Virus record (IMG/VR): IMGVR_UViG_3300025011_000039
DNA from: an uncultured virus (IMG/VR IMGVR_UViG_3300025011_000039)
Lineage: Duplodnaviria > Heunggongvirae > Uroviricota > Caudoviricetes
Strand: one strand, 5' to 3'
DNA: 64,000 bases
Part shown: positions 48,803 to 59,112 of the stretch, one piece after another
How the letters are laid out: every line of letters starts with the position of its first letter
How positions within the stretch are numbered: the first letter of the stretch is position 1
Notes under the pieces: model-generated
The model's input: the letters and a program-made list of their open reading frames with translations, nothing else
Databases searched by the model: none
Told to the model about the DNA's origin: nothing
Program-made: the position numbers and the translations under genes

Positions 48803-50884
48803 TTAAATATTATAAAATTTTGTTAAAATAACCTCATAATTGTGGGCATTTGTCGCGTCTGTATTATTAATACTAAAAGCTATATATCGACTACGCAATG
48901 TAGCTCTATTCATAATAAACGAACCAGTTGCACTACTAAGTAATTCCTGACTAAGAATCGTATTTCCGGCAACATCTTTGTATTCGACATTTCCCTTCAT
49001 CGTATGTGCTTGTGAGTTTATCTCTCTTACTGAGATTGTATAACTACAATCATATATAAAATCGTATAGATTGGTAACATATACGATACTTGATGCTGGT
49101 ACATTTAGGCTAGTTGCTAAAGTCTCCACAACTATCGGCATTAAACTACCAGTTACTTGGACAAGTGCCTCGCCCTTAGCGTTAACACGTATAGAACCTG
49201 CATCACCATCTGCAAGCACCGGATCAGTTGTACGATACACACCACCAACCTGTACGGGATTTCCCGTGGCGGCGGCATCATGGGCTGAACTACCTACAGT
49301 AGTTACATTAGCGGTAAGCGGTCTAGCAACGCCCACGGCAAGAGATTTAACAGTTAGACTCGTACCTGCCCCTGCTGTAGAAATTACCGCCCTCACGGAT
49401 TTATAGCCGGATACGTTGGTAGAGTAAATTCCTTCCGCTGTTGCCGTTGTCGCTTCCACACCCGTATCTGTTTTTGTGGCACTAAAAGCCGTATAGTTTG
49501 TACCGTCAACAGAACCTTCCCAAGTTACTGTTGCACCATCAGGGGTTCCGGTAATCTGAAAAGATATCGGCCCATACCCGCTTACCGTAGCGGCGGTACC
49601 ATTGCCGTCTGTCGTTGCTGCGTTTTGGTGCGTGGTTTCCAGAGTTGTTGCCGGGATACCGCCTTGTGCTAATGTGGCCTGTACAGCCGCTAAAGTCGCC
49701 TCAGTCGCCGGTGCCGCTATAATCTTAGCCAGTATAGCGGCCAAAGTTGTCTGTGTAGCGAAGTCTTTTGCTATAAGCGTGTCCTGTTTAGACTCGGTAG
49801 CCGGGGAGGCGATAATTTTAGCTAAGACTGCTGCAAGAGTTGTTTGAGTTGCGAAGTCTTTATCCTCGAGTTCCGCAAGAGTAGTTTCGGTTGCAGCGTC
49901 AACAGGCAAAGCAGTCAATACAGCAGGTATCGGGTTTCCCGCTGCAACGTCAGCATTACCTACTTGCAGATTGGCGTTGGCGTTAAAGTTGTCGTGTATA
50001 GACTGATCAACAGTAATACTACCGCCACCATCAGCAATAACATTCTTCCGCATAATCTGATATACAGAACCGGAGGAGGCGCTTACAACTGCAACACCAC
50101 CAGAAAATTCAACGGGAGTAACGGTAACAGGTACAACCCCATCAGAACCAGTCATGGTTGCGGTAAATTCTGCTAATTCATCAATCTTAACTGCAACGAG
50201 AGTGGCAGTATTTTTGGTATCGTCTAATTCTCCGGCAGTTTTACCAAGATAAACAGTAAGAACATTATCGGTAAAAGATGCCGACAGGTTGTCATTATCC
50301 CCTGGTGCTGCCACTACTTCAGCAGTTATCGAGTTACCTGCAACTCCCTCATTTACATAAACTACCGTAACTTCTGCTGTGTCGAGAGTGCCAACAATAG
50401 CACTTGCCGCCGCACCAGGGAGAGTAGCAATTGTCAAAATTGTTGCTGTATTACTCGCTACTGTGCGGTAATAGTCAACTCCGCTAATGGTAACTCTCGC
50501 CACATTCCCGGCGAACATATTAGTTTCAAAGTTTTTCGATGTATCGGCAATGGTAGTTTTACTTCCACCAGTCGCTATGCCGCCGTCGAAATTACTGTCA
50601 ACTATTGCCGGATTAGTAGTAGTAAACTTCTCTGTACCGTCCGCATCTACAGGAATAAACTTACCTACTATCGACGTACCTGCACCCAATTTTGCAGTTA
50701 CTGAACCGTCTGAATTTAGGACTAGACAGACTATATCATTGTCACCATCAACTCCGCCAATAGTGACGGGGTTAGTATTAGCCGCAGTTACGCCAACAGG
50801 GTTTTTCCCTTGAATGTTAGTTGCTATCTTTAACACCACCCTTACAGTTCTTTTCGTGGTTAGTGCGGACACGGGCATTATCAA
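48803..50884 (-). CDS. virion fibre/decoration protein with internal repeats
   Basis: Ala/Thr-rich; KDFATQTTLAA.LAKII..PATE repeats; true start probably near 50827-50839. Confidence 0.6.
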   Translation of the reverse strand: MIMPVSALTTKRTVRVVLKIATNIQGKNPVGVTAANTNPVTIGGVDGDNDIVCLVLNSDGSVTAKLGAGTSIVGKFIPVDADGTEKFTTTNPAIVDSNFDGGIATGGSKTTIADTSKNFETNMFAGNVARVTISGVDYYRTVASNTATILTIATLPGAAASAIVGTLDTAEVTVVYVNEGVAGNSITAEVVAAPGDNDNLSASFTDNVLTVYLGKTAGELDDTKNTATLVAVKIDELAEFTATMTGSDGVVPVTVTPVEFSGGVAVVSASSGSVYQIMRKNVIADGGGSITVDQSIHDNFNANANLQVGNADVAAGNPIPAVLTALPVDAATETTLAELEDKDFATQTTLAAVLAKIIASPATESKQDTLIAKDFATQTTLAAILAKIIAAPATEATLAAVQATLAQGGIPATTLETTHQNAATTDGNGTAATVSGYGPISFQITGTPDGATVTWEGSVDGTNYTAFSATKTDTGVEATTATAEGIYSTNVSGYKSVRAVISTAGAGTSLTVKSLAVGVARPLTANVTTVGSSAHDAAATGNPVQVGGVYRTTDPVLADGDAGSIRVNAKGEALVQVTGSLMPIVVETLATSLNVPASSIVYVTNLYDFIYDCSYTISVREINSQAHTMKGNVEYKDVAGNTILSQELLSSATGSFIMNRATLRSRYIAFSINNTDATNAHNYEVILTKFYNI

Positions 50885-51098
50885 ACTCCCTGCCGCACTT
50901 TCTACACGAATACTTTTTTGTTGACTTAGGTTTCTTTACCGATACAGTACGCACAATATCTTTCTTGGGCGTTTCAACTGCTTTTGGTGTATGTAAAAGT
51001 GAGGATATTTTACGCAATTCCTCCAATATGCCTAAAAGCAATCTCTCTGTATCGGTAAAATTTTCCGGTTTTTTGGTGTATTGCATAAAGCACCTCAA
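50817..51098 (-). CDS. small C2H2-type zinc-finger protein
   Basis: CRKCGREF......HEKNC. Confidence 0.55.
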   Translation of the reverse strand: MRCFMQYTKKPENFTDTERLLLGILEELRKISSLLHTPKAVETPKKDIVRTVSVKKPKSTKKYSCRKCGREFDNARVRTNHEKNCKGGVKDSN

Positions 51099-51127
51099 AA
51101 ATAAAGTAGGGGTATTTACCCCTACTT

Positions 51128-52081
51128 TTAGTCGTTAACCGAAGCAGTACCAATCAGCGCACCAGTCTCAGGGGCAACCTCACTGTAGTAGTTCTCAAAC
51201 AACCAACAACCATCAGCAACAATGGATGCGGCAATAGTAGTTAAGTTTGTTGCAATATAGTTATTCGCTATAATACCAGTTGTACCAGTAAGCAATTCAA
51301 TCCCTGGTTCTGTTGCTCCTTGCTGCATAATGTTATCTTTTATGAGTAGATTAGTGCTAAGTGTGGTTATGCCGTTAATGCAGGCGGTAGAATGTGCGCC
51401 GGTAAAGCGACAATTTTTAATGGTTACATCGTCAGAAGCACCAGTAATGCTTATTGCTGTTACTGCTGCCTGTGCCCCTGCCCCGAAGAAACAACCGTCA
51501 ATTACTGTACCGTCACAACCTGCGTTATTTCTCAGGGCAATTGCAAACTCGTCCGTTGCTGTTTCGGCAAATCCAAACTCACAGTCTAAGACTTTTGCAT
51601 AGTCTTTTCCTGCTTCAATGTCAAGTCCAACAACCACCGCATTAGCTGAAGTTCTGAACCTAATATTGCTGATAGTTACATCGTTGGCCCCTATCGCTAC
51701 ACTAGCTGCGGTATTGTCGAAGTCGATTGTGGGTTTTAGGGAACCGCTACCTAAGCCAATAACGGTTATTCCTGCTACATCAAGGTCGATGTTGGCGGCA
51801 GTAGTTATGCCCTCGTTATGACCTGGTGCTACCCAAATAACGTCTCCCTTGCTGGCAGTACATTTTCCTACTGCTGAGTCGATACTTGCCAGTGCTGTTG
51901 CCCATGTTAATCCATCATTGGTTGCGCTGCCTGTGGCAGAGTCAACGAAGAATTGGCTGCCGGGTTCAAAGTTAAGATACATTCTTCCGAGTGCGTCAAC
52001 TACTGCTTTCTCAGAACCTACGGCACCGACGTATAAACCTTCAATACCGCATACCTTTTTGTTGTGTGAATATGTTGCCAT
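51128..52081 (-). CDS. beta-helix (pectin-lyase-like) virion protein
   Basis: FFVDSATGSATNDGLTWATA.ASI..A...C....GDVIWVAPGH followed by beta-helix repeats. Confidence 0.65.
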   Translation of the reverse strand: MATYSHNKKVCGIEGLYVGAVGSEKAVVDALGRMYLNFEPGSQFFVDSATGSATNDGLTWATALASIDSAVGKCTASKGDVIWVAPGHNEGITTAANIDLDVAGITVIGLGSGSLKPTIDFDNTAASVAIGANDVTISNIRFRTSANAVVVGLDIEAGKDYAKVLDCEFGFAETATDEFAIALRNNAGCDGTVIDGCFFGAGAQAAVTAISITGASDDVTIKNCRFTGAHSTACINGITTLSTNLLIKDNIMQQGATEPGIELLTGTTGIIANNYIATNLTTIAASIVADGCWLFENYYSEVAPETGALIGTASVND

Positions 52082-52124
52082 TTTGTACCTCCTTGTGGGA
52101 AAATTAAAAGACACCGTTAGGTGT

Positions 52125-52949
52125 CTAGTTTGTTGATTGCTTATTTGTCCAAGCGTAACCTGCTGCTCTGCGACATTCCATGCTATCGTATTTTACCTTA
52201 CCCCTTTTATATCTCGATAGTGGTACTGTAAATTCCTTACCGCAATATTCGCAGTTTAAAGTTACTGTATTGGTTTTTGAGTTACGTTTCTTTTGACACT
52301 CCGCACTACAATACTTACCCCTGCCACCCTCTATGAGGTAGGTTGTTGTATTAAACTCCTTACCACAAACACCGCATACCGCAATTATATGTATTTCTTG
52401 ATTAATTGGTTTGCCGTGCTGTTTGCCGTGACAAGATGAACATAGGGTAATTAGGTTGCTAGGATCATCGTTGCGGTTTTCTGTTTGTCCGGTATGGTCC
52501 TTGTGGTGGACAGCAAGTTTTTCTACTGCACCACATTCAACACATTTATATCCATCACGCTCCAAAACCAATTCCCTATTTCCTGAGAATCTTGTTTTGT
52601 CGTGATTTTTTGCATCACTCGCCCTTTTATAATCCATTCTTTTAGCGTTACGCTCCCTATCTTTTAGGCGAATAGCATCAATATTTTTAAGTCTATATTC
52701 ACGAGACTTCTCTTTCTTTTCTTCGGCATTTTCAAGGTATATTCCCTTAAACGTATGCTCTTTGCAGCAATATTTTTGCTTACCAGACGAAGGCATAAAA
52801 ACTACACCACAATATTTACACTTTCTTTCAGTTAGGGGTGGTCTTAAATGCCTTTCTTTCCTTGAATTTTCCCTGCACTCAGAACTACAATACTTCTGCG
52901 ATCTGGTTGCATTAAATTCCTTGCCGCATCTTGGGCATTTCTCTATCAA
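52125..52949 (-). CDS. HNH homing endonuclease with multiple Cys-rich zinc repeats
   Basis: VLERDGYKCVECG...VHHKD...N...NLITLCSSCHGKQH; repeated CxxCG.EF...KYCS.EC. Confidence 0.88.
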   Translation of the reverse strand: MIEKCPRCGKEFNATRSQKYCSSECRENSRKERHLRPPLTERKCKYCGVVFMPSSGKQKYCCKEHTFKGIYLENAEEKKEKSREYRLKNIDAIRLKDRERNAKRMDYKRASDAKNHDKTRFSGNRELVLERDGYKCVECGAVEKLAVHHKDHTGQTENRNDDPSNLITLCSSCHGKQHGKPINQEIHIIAVCGVCGKEFNTTTYLIEGGRGKYCSAECQKKRNSKTNTVTLNCEYCGKEFTVPLSRYKRGKVKYDSMECRRAAGYAWTNKQSTN

Positions 52950-53022
52950 AATATACACCTCCGATATGTGTTTTATTTATTATATCACATATCGGAGTAC
53001 ATTTCAATATAAATATTTCACA

Positions 53023-53994
53023 TTACACAGGAATACTGAATTGGAAAGGCCTCCACGACTTACTGCCACAAGAATACCACATTATGGAACCTACTTTCCA
53101 GACCTGATTCTCCATATTCTTCCAAGAGATAATATCGTATTTATCCCCAGATTCTAGGCGATTAATCCACTTCATGGATTTTTTAGCCATCTTAGAGTCC
53201 ATAACACACCATGGTTGACCGGTCTTTCCTGCTTGACGACGGAATTGCTTATAGACAATCAATTTCATCGAACCGTTGTAAATGTTCGGGTTGTTGTCGG
53301 AAGAATCTACTTTACCTTCACCGCCGATTAATTCCAAACCTTTCTTGCGAAGGGCTGTAGGCACAATTAAAGTATCAGGTTGAAGATTTGCGTCCTTGCC
53401 CGAACTGTCCTTAACATCAAACATTTTTTGACATAAAATTTCGAGATTCTCGTCGTTGAGTTCTAGGGCCTCTAAGTTATCCTGAGTGCTTCCATAGTTA
53501 GCAGAAGTCTGAGCGTTTGAAGCAAGCGGCAACCCATTGGCTGTCAAAGTCCAGTTAACAGGAGTTCCGTTAACCATAAAACTTGTCTGGTCGGCATAAG
53601 TAAGTAAACCGGATGCGCACGCTTCGCGGTGTCTTGCTGCGCCAATAGAGAAACCGGAAAAATCATCCTTTAAATTAATAAGTTTAGCATTAGACAGTAA
53701 GAATCTGTCATACTCCATGCCCGCCTGCCACACGATTGGGGTCCAGATCTTCGTATCGCCTTGTTTCATGGTGCCATAAGTGAATTCACCGTTCCACTTA
53801 CTGTAGTCAATCGCCCCAACCATCTCACCGATTGCCTCAGTGGGGTTATCTGATTGCTCAGGAGTATACAACTCGTCAATCATACTATCTTGAATAGCAT
53901 CGGTAAAACCGTCCTGCCAAAATTCCAAGAGCGCATGTTCATATTTCCCAACTAACTGTTCAAAATCTCCGCTTTCTTGAATTAAAACTGCCAT
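53023..53994 (-). CDS. major capsid protein (Mu gpT-like family)
   Basis: 323 aa after the scaffold and decoration genes; PDTLIVPTAL motif. Confidence 0.8.
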   Translation of the reverse strand: MAVLIQESGDFEQLVGKYEHALLEFWQDGFTDAIQDSMIDELYTPEQSDNPTEAIGEMVGAIDYSKWNGEFTYGTMKQGDTKIWTPIVWQAGMEYDRFLLSNAKLINLKDDFSGFSIGAARHREACASGLLTYADQTSFMVNGTPVNWTLTANGLPLASNAQTSANYGSTQDNLEALELNDENLEILCQKMFDVKDSSGKDANLQPDTLIVPTALRKKGLELIGGEGKVDSSDNNPNIYNGSMKLIVYKQFRRQAGKTGQPWCVMDSKMAKKSMKWINRLESGDKYDIISWKNMENQVWKVGSIMWYSCGSKSWRPFQFSIPV

Positions 53995-54036
53995 TTCATA
54001 TCTCCTCTCAATTTACAAAATAAAAAGACCAACTAA

Positions 54037-54462
54037 TTAGCTGGCCTCAGTGAAATTCTTTTTGACAATCATCTTTACTTTCAGTCCAACGGTATCCTTT
54101 TCCAAGATGACCGCATGACCACCAGTAACGGTTGCGGCATCCACATTGTCTCCATTAGAATCCAAAATTGCTACAGTAAGACCTGGCAAAAATGCTGCAT
54201 CTGCGGTTCCTGTGTAATCTGCCTCAATAATGTCACCAGTCTTAACGACCGCCATAATCGGCAATACATCGGTACCGGCATCTGCCGCCTTAACGCAAAT
54301 TGCCTCAATTGCTGCGGTTGTTGCGGATTTAGTCCATCTACCTGAGGCAAGATAATAACCACGCCCCGCTACTGCCGCCTCCGAATCGGTCATATAGATG
54401 TTATCAATAAACTTATCCCTCGAAGCACCAGTCAAAATGCTCCCAATAATTCTTAATGCCAT
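54037..54462 (-). CDS. capsid decoration/cement protein
   Basis: Small beta protein between the scaffold and the MCP. Confidence 0.55.
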   Translation of the reverse strand: MALRIIGSILTGASRDKFIDNIYMTDSEAAVAGRGYYLASGRWTKSATTAAIEAICVKAADAGTDVLPIMAVVKTGDIIEADYTGTADAAFLPGLTVAILDSNGDNVDAATVTGGHAVILEKDTVGLKVKMIVKKNFTEAS

Positions 54463-54472
54463 GATAAACCCC

Positions 54473-55303
54473 CTATTTCTTCTTAACGTATTTTGCGGCA
54501 CGTTTTTTAAGTTGTGCCTCTGTTTCGCCAGGAAACATTGACTTCCAGGTTTTCATCTGCTCCGCGCTCAAACTAACTTGAGTACCCAAATCCGTACTAT
54601 CATTAGATTTCTCAGTACCCAAGTGCGCCTTACTGCCCACCTGCTTAATCGCCTTATGCGCCGCTTTTTTCTGCAACGCCTCGGCAATAGCATCCTCGTT
54701 AGCAGTCAACCATGCTGATTTAAGCGGCATACCGCTATACAGCATATCAACGGTTGCTTGGTCAAGATTATTCAAGTCGGGAACAATGTCACCGTACTTA
54801 CCCTTTAAATAGGCATGGTCCTTCACAATCTGCTGTTCTGCCTCCTGCCTATTTCTCAGGTGTCTTTCTTGCTCTAACTGCTGCTTATTGGCGTTTAGCT
54901 CTGCCTGCATCTGCTGAAAAGCAGGGTCCATTTTCAGATATTTGTTAATTTGACTAACAGGAAATCCCTGTTCTTCTAACTCTGCGGCAAGTTTTTCCCT
55001 CTGAGCATCCATATCTGCCTGCAACTGTCTCTGTTGCTGTGCGTTATTCTTCTGCTCAAAGTCACGTTTCCACTGTTCAAGTTCATCTGCCTTGCGCTTA
55101 GCCTCTTGTGCTTCTCTGCGCATTTGAGCAAATGCCCTGTTTTGTTCCTGTGTTTGTTTCTGCTTCTGCTGTTCAACGACTTCAGCATCACTCATTTGTT
55201 GAGTGCCGGTTACGTCCCCGGTATCGGTTTGATCGTTAGTGTCAATGTCTGTTTGAGGTGAAACGACTTCCTCTGTTCCTGTTTCTAATACTTGATCTTC
55301 CAT
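54473..55303 (-). CDS. capsid scaffolding protein
   Basis: Acidic N-terminus, QNRAFAQMRR coiled coil, basic C-terminus; upstream of the MCP. Confidence 0.8.
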   Translation of the reverse strand: MEDQVLETGTEEVVSPQTDIDTNDQTDTGDVTGTQQMSDAEVVEQQKQKQTQEQNRAFAQMRREAQEAKRKADELEQWKRDFEQKNNAQQQRQLQADMDAQREKLAAELEEQGFPVSQINKYLKMDPAFQQMQAELNANKQQLEQERHLRNRQEAEQQIVKDHAYLKGKYGDIVPDLNNLDQATVDMLYSGMPLKSAWLTANEDAIAEALQKKAAHKAIKQVGSKAHLGTEKSNDSTDLGTQVSLSAEQMKTWKSMFPGETEAQLKKRAAKYVKKK

Positions 55304-56822
55304 ATTTACACCCCACGTTTACGCTCGTCAGCGATATATTCACCGTCTTTCCGGCGTGTCTGTTGTCTATTCCCAACTGCCACCCTAAAGCGGAACAATG
55401 TTATGTAGGATAATAGAAAAAGCAGGTTTTACCCTGCCTTAACTATTTAACAGCACCGTTGTTTTTGCCGGGGCGTGAACGCAGATCGCCGCCTTTTATG
55501 ACACGGGTAACATCTGCTTGCCGACTGCCAGTATTTCCATAAGTAAAAGTACCGCTACAAGGCATAGCTTTGTCGAGATTTTTAGCCACGTCTAACACCT
55601 CCTTTCCTGAATTTAGGCAATAAAAATAGGGATAGTGCATGAGACAATGCGGTTAAGCACTCTCTCGTACACTATCCCTGTGGTTTTCCTACTAAGGATT
55701 GGTTATTTAGTTACTTTTTCCTGCTCGTACCTGTCAATCCAAGGTTTTATTTTGTCATACATAAACGGAGGAAGCATTGGAACACCAATACTACTTCCTC
55801 CTATCGAGACAATTATTTCGTCATTACAGTTATCCTTCAACCAATTGTAAAAATCAAAGGACTTATTTATTCTTTCCCTTGTTTCTTCTTCGTATTTTCT
55901 AAAACTAGAACCATCAATCACACTATCTAAAAAACTTTTTAGATTATCAGGATTTAGCTTAGCAACAGTATTATTATCCCAATTAGCATTATCATTCAAT
56001 ATATCTCACCGTCCTCGGCTATTATTTCATCTTTTTACCGTAACCCTTACCCATGCCCATTTCTTTCTTGTCGGACTTAGGCATACCCTTCATACCTTTG
56101 CCCTTGACCTTACAACCTGCCATAGTTGTCGCCTCCTAATCAAGTTTAATATCCTCAGTCACACTCAGCATAACAGGTTTACCGCCCTTCATCTTGACGA
56201 TGATAGTTCCCCAAGGAGTAGACTTCATTTTGTCGATTACTTTCTTTTCTTTGTTAGTTAGCATTGCTTACCTCCGGTTATCCGTTATTTGTTATAAAAT
56301 CAGGTATTACATAAGAGCATATAACATTGTCCTGCGGTATAACTATCCTGTCACTAAAAAACATATCCTTGCTATCATCAATAACAACATTTAAGATAAC
56401 TGCATTTCCGTCCCCTTCCATGTAGTATTTATTGCTGAAATAAACAGTAATATCTTTAATTAGTTTCATTTCAACTACTTCAATTGCTGGACTTATGGAA
56501 TATCTTAAATTCCTCAAACTTTGATAATTTAAGGGAAGTCCGCAAATATGCAATGCCTCTTTAATTGTGGTCATTTCGGAACCGTTCTTTACCTCAATAG
56601 CATAGACAGGCACGATGTTATGTGACCAACATTTTTTACAGAAAACGCGGTAGCACATTTCAAGTTTTATCGGAAATTTAGAAGATATTTTACCATAACC
56701 TCCGACAATAAACTCTTTTCCATTACCTCCATTACCTATTTTCTGGTCACAATTACTGCACTTAACAACATCCATGTCTTTTTTCTTGAAAAACATTGCT
56801 TATCCTCCCCGGTTCTCCGTTA

Positions 56823-58937
56823 CTAACCTACCATACTCATTACCGCCTGCACCTGCTGTTCTGCCGGTAGTTGCATGATTTGAACAAAGGTATCAGGATC
56901 GTTCTCTTTAATCTGATTTAACTTGTCCACAAAACTCATAACTGCGCCCTGTTGCAACTCGCCGCTCATAGCCTCTTTACTACTTTCAAGGTCGTGCGAT
57001 TGCTGCTGGCGGTTTAGTTCTCCCTGCTGTTTCGTAACAGCAAGTTCTTTCTCATGCTGCTGTTTAGCAAGCATCATATCGGTACTCTGCTGTAGTTGCT
57101 GTTCCTGTATCTGCTTCGCCTGCTCTTCCTGCTTTGCCTGCATCTCCTGTGCCTGCTGTATATCCTGCTCCATTTGCCCAATAACTTCCTTAAGGTGCGG
57201 AACACCGATTTTATCAAGAATTTTCAGTATCAGCATATTTCCAGGAGTAGGTTCAAAACGTCCCTGCCCTGCAAGAGACACGATAGAATTCATCATTTCC
57301 GACTTATTCTTCATGAATCCGACTTCTGCACTAATCTCAATATCGAAGTCTGGATAAATTAAGTCACCGTTAACGTCACGAAGCATAGACAAGCGGTTAA
57401 ACTGACCGTATTTATTCTCGCCCTTCTCTCCTGTAATACGAAAAGGTCTATCATCATCACAGAACGCCAATGCAAACTCGGCAATAGTGCGGTAAAGAGT
57501 CTTGTATGAGGTTGACTTATAGGCAGACTTAATCGCTAATTTATTACTTGACTGACTGATATATGCCTGCGCTTGATCTCCGGAAGTTACTCCTGGTTGA
57601 TGAACTCCTAATGAAGCATCGGTTACGCCGGTAATAAGTTGCATCCATTCTTTGAATTTATCAACCAATTGAATACCGTCAATATTGGTACTTAAATCAA
57701 CTTCCTTGACAGAATTCGGATCATTAACATGGATTATCTCTGATGTTGGGTCCATAAGTTTTCTTTGCACTTCAAGAGAATCGGTTAAAATCTTCTTCCT
57801 ACCACGAAGGAAAGATTCTTCATACATATGCACTGCTTTCTTAATACTCTCCTGCAAGTCCCAAACATCTTCCATAATAGATATACCCCAACAACATTTA
57901 TCACGCATAATAAACGGTTGGTAGACTATATCCCAGCAAGTAGGTATGTAGTGTTCTGCTTCAATATCGCTGTCTATTTTCGAGTAGATAGGATTACCTT
58001 GCTCGTCTATACTCTTTCTCAACATAGATCCTGCTTCAATAGTTTCAGTCATATAGGGTTCGCCTGTTTCCTCGTCCCTACGATAAAAGAACTTCGGCAG
58101 GTGCTTAATCAGTAAATCACCGGACCACCACAACTTACAAATATCTCCGTCATCGTCGCGGTAGGTAGTCTCAATAATTGTATACTTGCCAAGTCCCGTA
58201 TCCTTAGAAACTCCGGTAGTGTCGGTAACGGTAGTTATTCTTTGGTCGCCCAATATCTCGTCATACTCGGCATACAGAATTGCCTTTTCTTCCAGCATGT
58301 CACTCGTTATATCCTTCCATTTGCGAAGAATATACTTTTGTGTACGGTTAACCGGATGATGATAATGCTCCATGTCGTCGCCGAAGTTAATAGATGATTT
58401 GTTAGGTATAATATCCTTCGGGTGAGGGTTGCTAATCTCAATCTCACCGACATATCCAGCACGTTTAATGTTGTTATTCCAGTGAACCTTTTTGAATGTA
58501 CCGCCAAGTTTACTTACTCTGCGCTCGTCTGACATATTCATTTCTTCAAGTGAAGGTGAAGAACTTCTCAGCACATAACCGACGTAACTTTTTAAAGCAT
58601 TAACCGGCACTTCATCGGCAGCGGTAACAGGTTTAAAGTCATGGTCAGGAATAGTCATGTCAATTAACGCTTCTATAATTAGGCGAGGGAAGTTAACAAC
58701 TGTTCTCGCTTCCTTATCTTGCCTATTGTTGACGTTCTCGAATTCGCGATTACCGTTATACATATTTTCCCACGAATCCATAAGAAGATCGTACTTTTTC
58801 TTCGTTTGACGGTCAATCTCGAACTGATCTTGCCAGTATTTCAGCAAATCAAGGGTCTCTTGATCGTATTCTACAGCAGGTGCTACTATTTCTCTCACCT
58901 TCTTTTTTAACGCACGAAATGGTTTTTTCCAGTCCAT
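56823..58937 (-). CDS. portal protein (P22-like)
   Basis: 704 aa after terL; ITGVTDASLG...TSG motif; C-terminal Gln-rich barrel coil. Confidence 0.85.
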   Translation of the reverse strand: MDWKKPFRALKKKVREIVAPAVEYDQETLDLLKYWQDQFEIDRQTKKKYDLLMDSWENMYNGNREFENVNNRQDKEARTVVNFPRLIIEALIDMTIPDHDFKPVTAADEVPVNALKSYVGYVLRSSSPSLEEMNMSDERRVSKLGGTFKKVHWNNNIKRAGYVGEIEISNPHPKDIIPNKSSINFGDDMEHYHHPVNRTQKYILRKWKDITSDMLEEKAILYAEYDEILGDQRITTVTDTTGVSKDTGLGKYTIIETTYRDDDGDICKLWWSGDLLIKHLPKFFYRRDEETGEPYMTETIEAGSMLRKSIDEQGNPIYSKIDSDIEAEHYIPTCWDIVYQPFIMRDKCCWGISIMEDVWDLQESIKKAVHMYEESFLRGRKKILTDSLEVQRKLMDPTSEIIHVNDPNSVKEVDLSTNIDGIQLVDKFKEWMQLITGVTDASLGVHQPGVTSGDQAQAYISQSSNKLAIKSAYKSTSYKTLYRTIAEFALAFCDDDRPFRITGEKGENKYGQFNRLSMLRDVNGDLIYPDFDIEISAEVGFMKNKSEMMNSIVSLAGQGRFEPTPGNMLILKILDKIGVPHLKEVIGQMEQDIQQAQEMQAKQEEQAKQIQEQQLQQSTDMMLAKQQHEKELAVTKQQGELNRQQQSHDLESSKEAMSGELQQGAVMSFVDKLNQIKENDPDTFVQIMQLPAEQQVQAVMSMVG

Positions 58938-59112
58938 TTGTTCACACCCTTAAAAATCTAACTTAATATCGTTAATAAAAAAGCACCTTCCGAAAAACAT
59001 TCTCCATTCGGTAAAGTGCCATACATCGTTTTCTTTATATACTGTTTTGTATTTAAGAGGTAAAATCTGTTTTGCATACCACATTAATTTACTGAACACA
59101 TATGTCCCTCCC

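Noticed and set aside
55315..55365. Hammerhead ribozyme upstream of the scaffold gene (CTGACGA on the minus strand)
   Set aside because: There is no correctly placed GAAA or stem III; more likely simple leader hairpins
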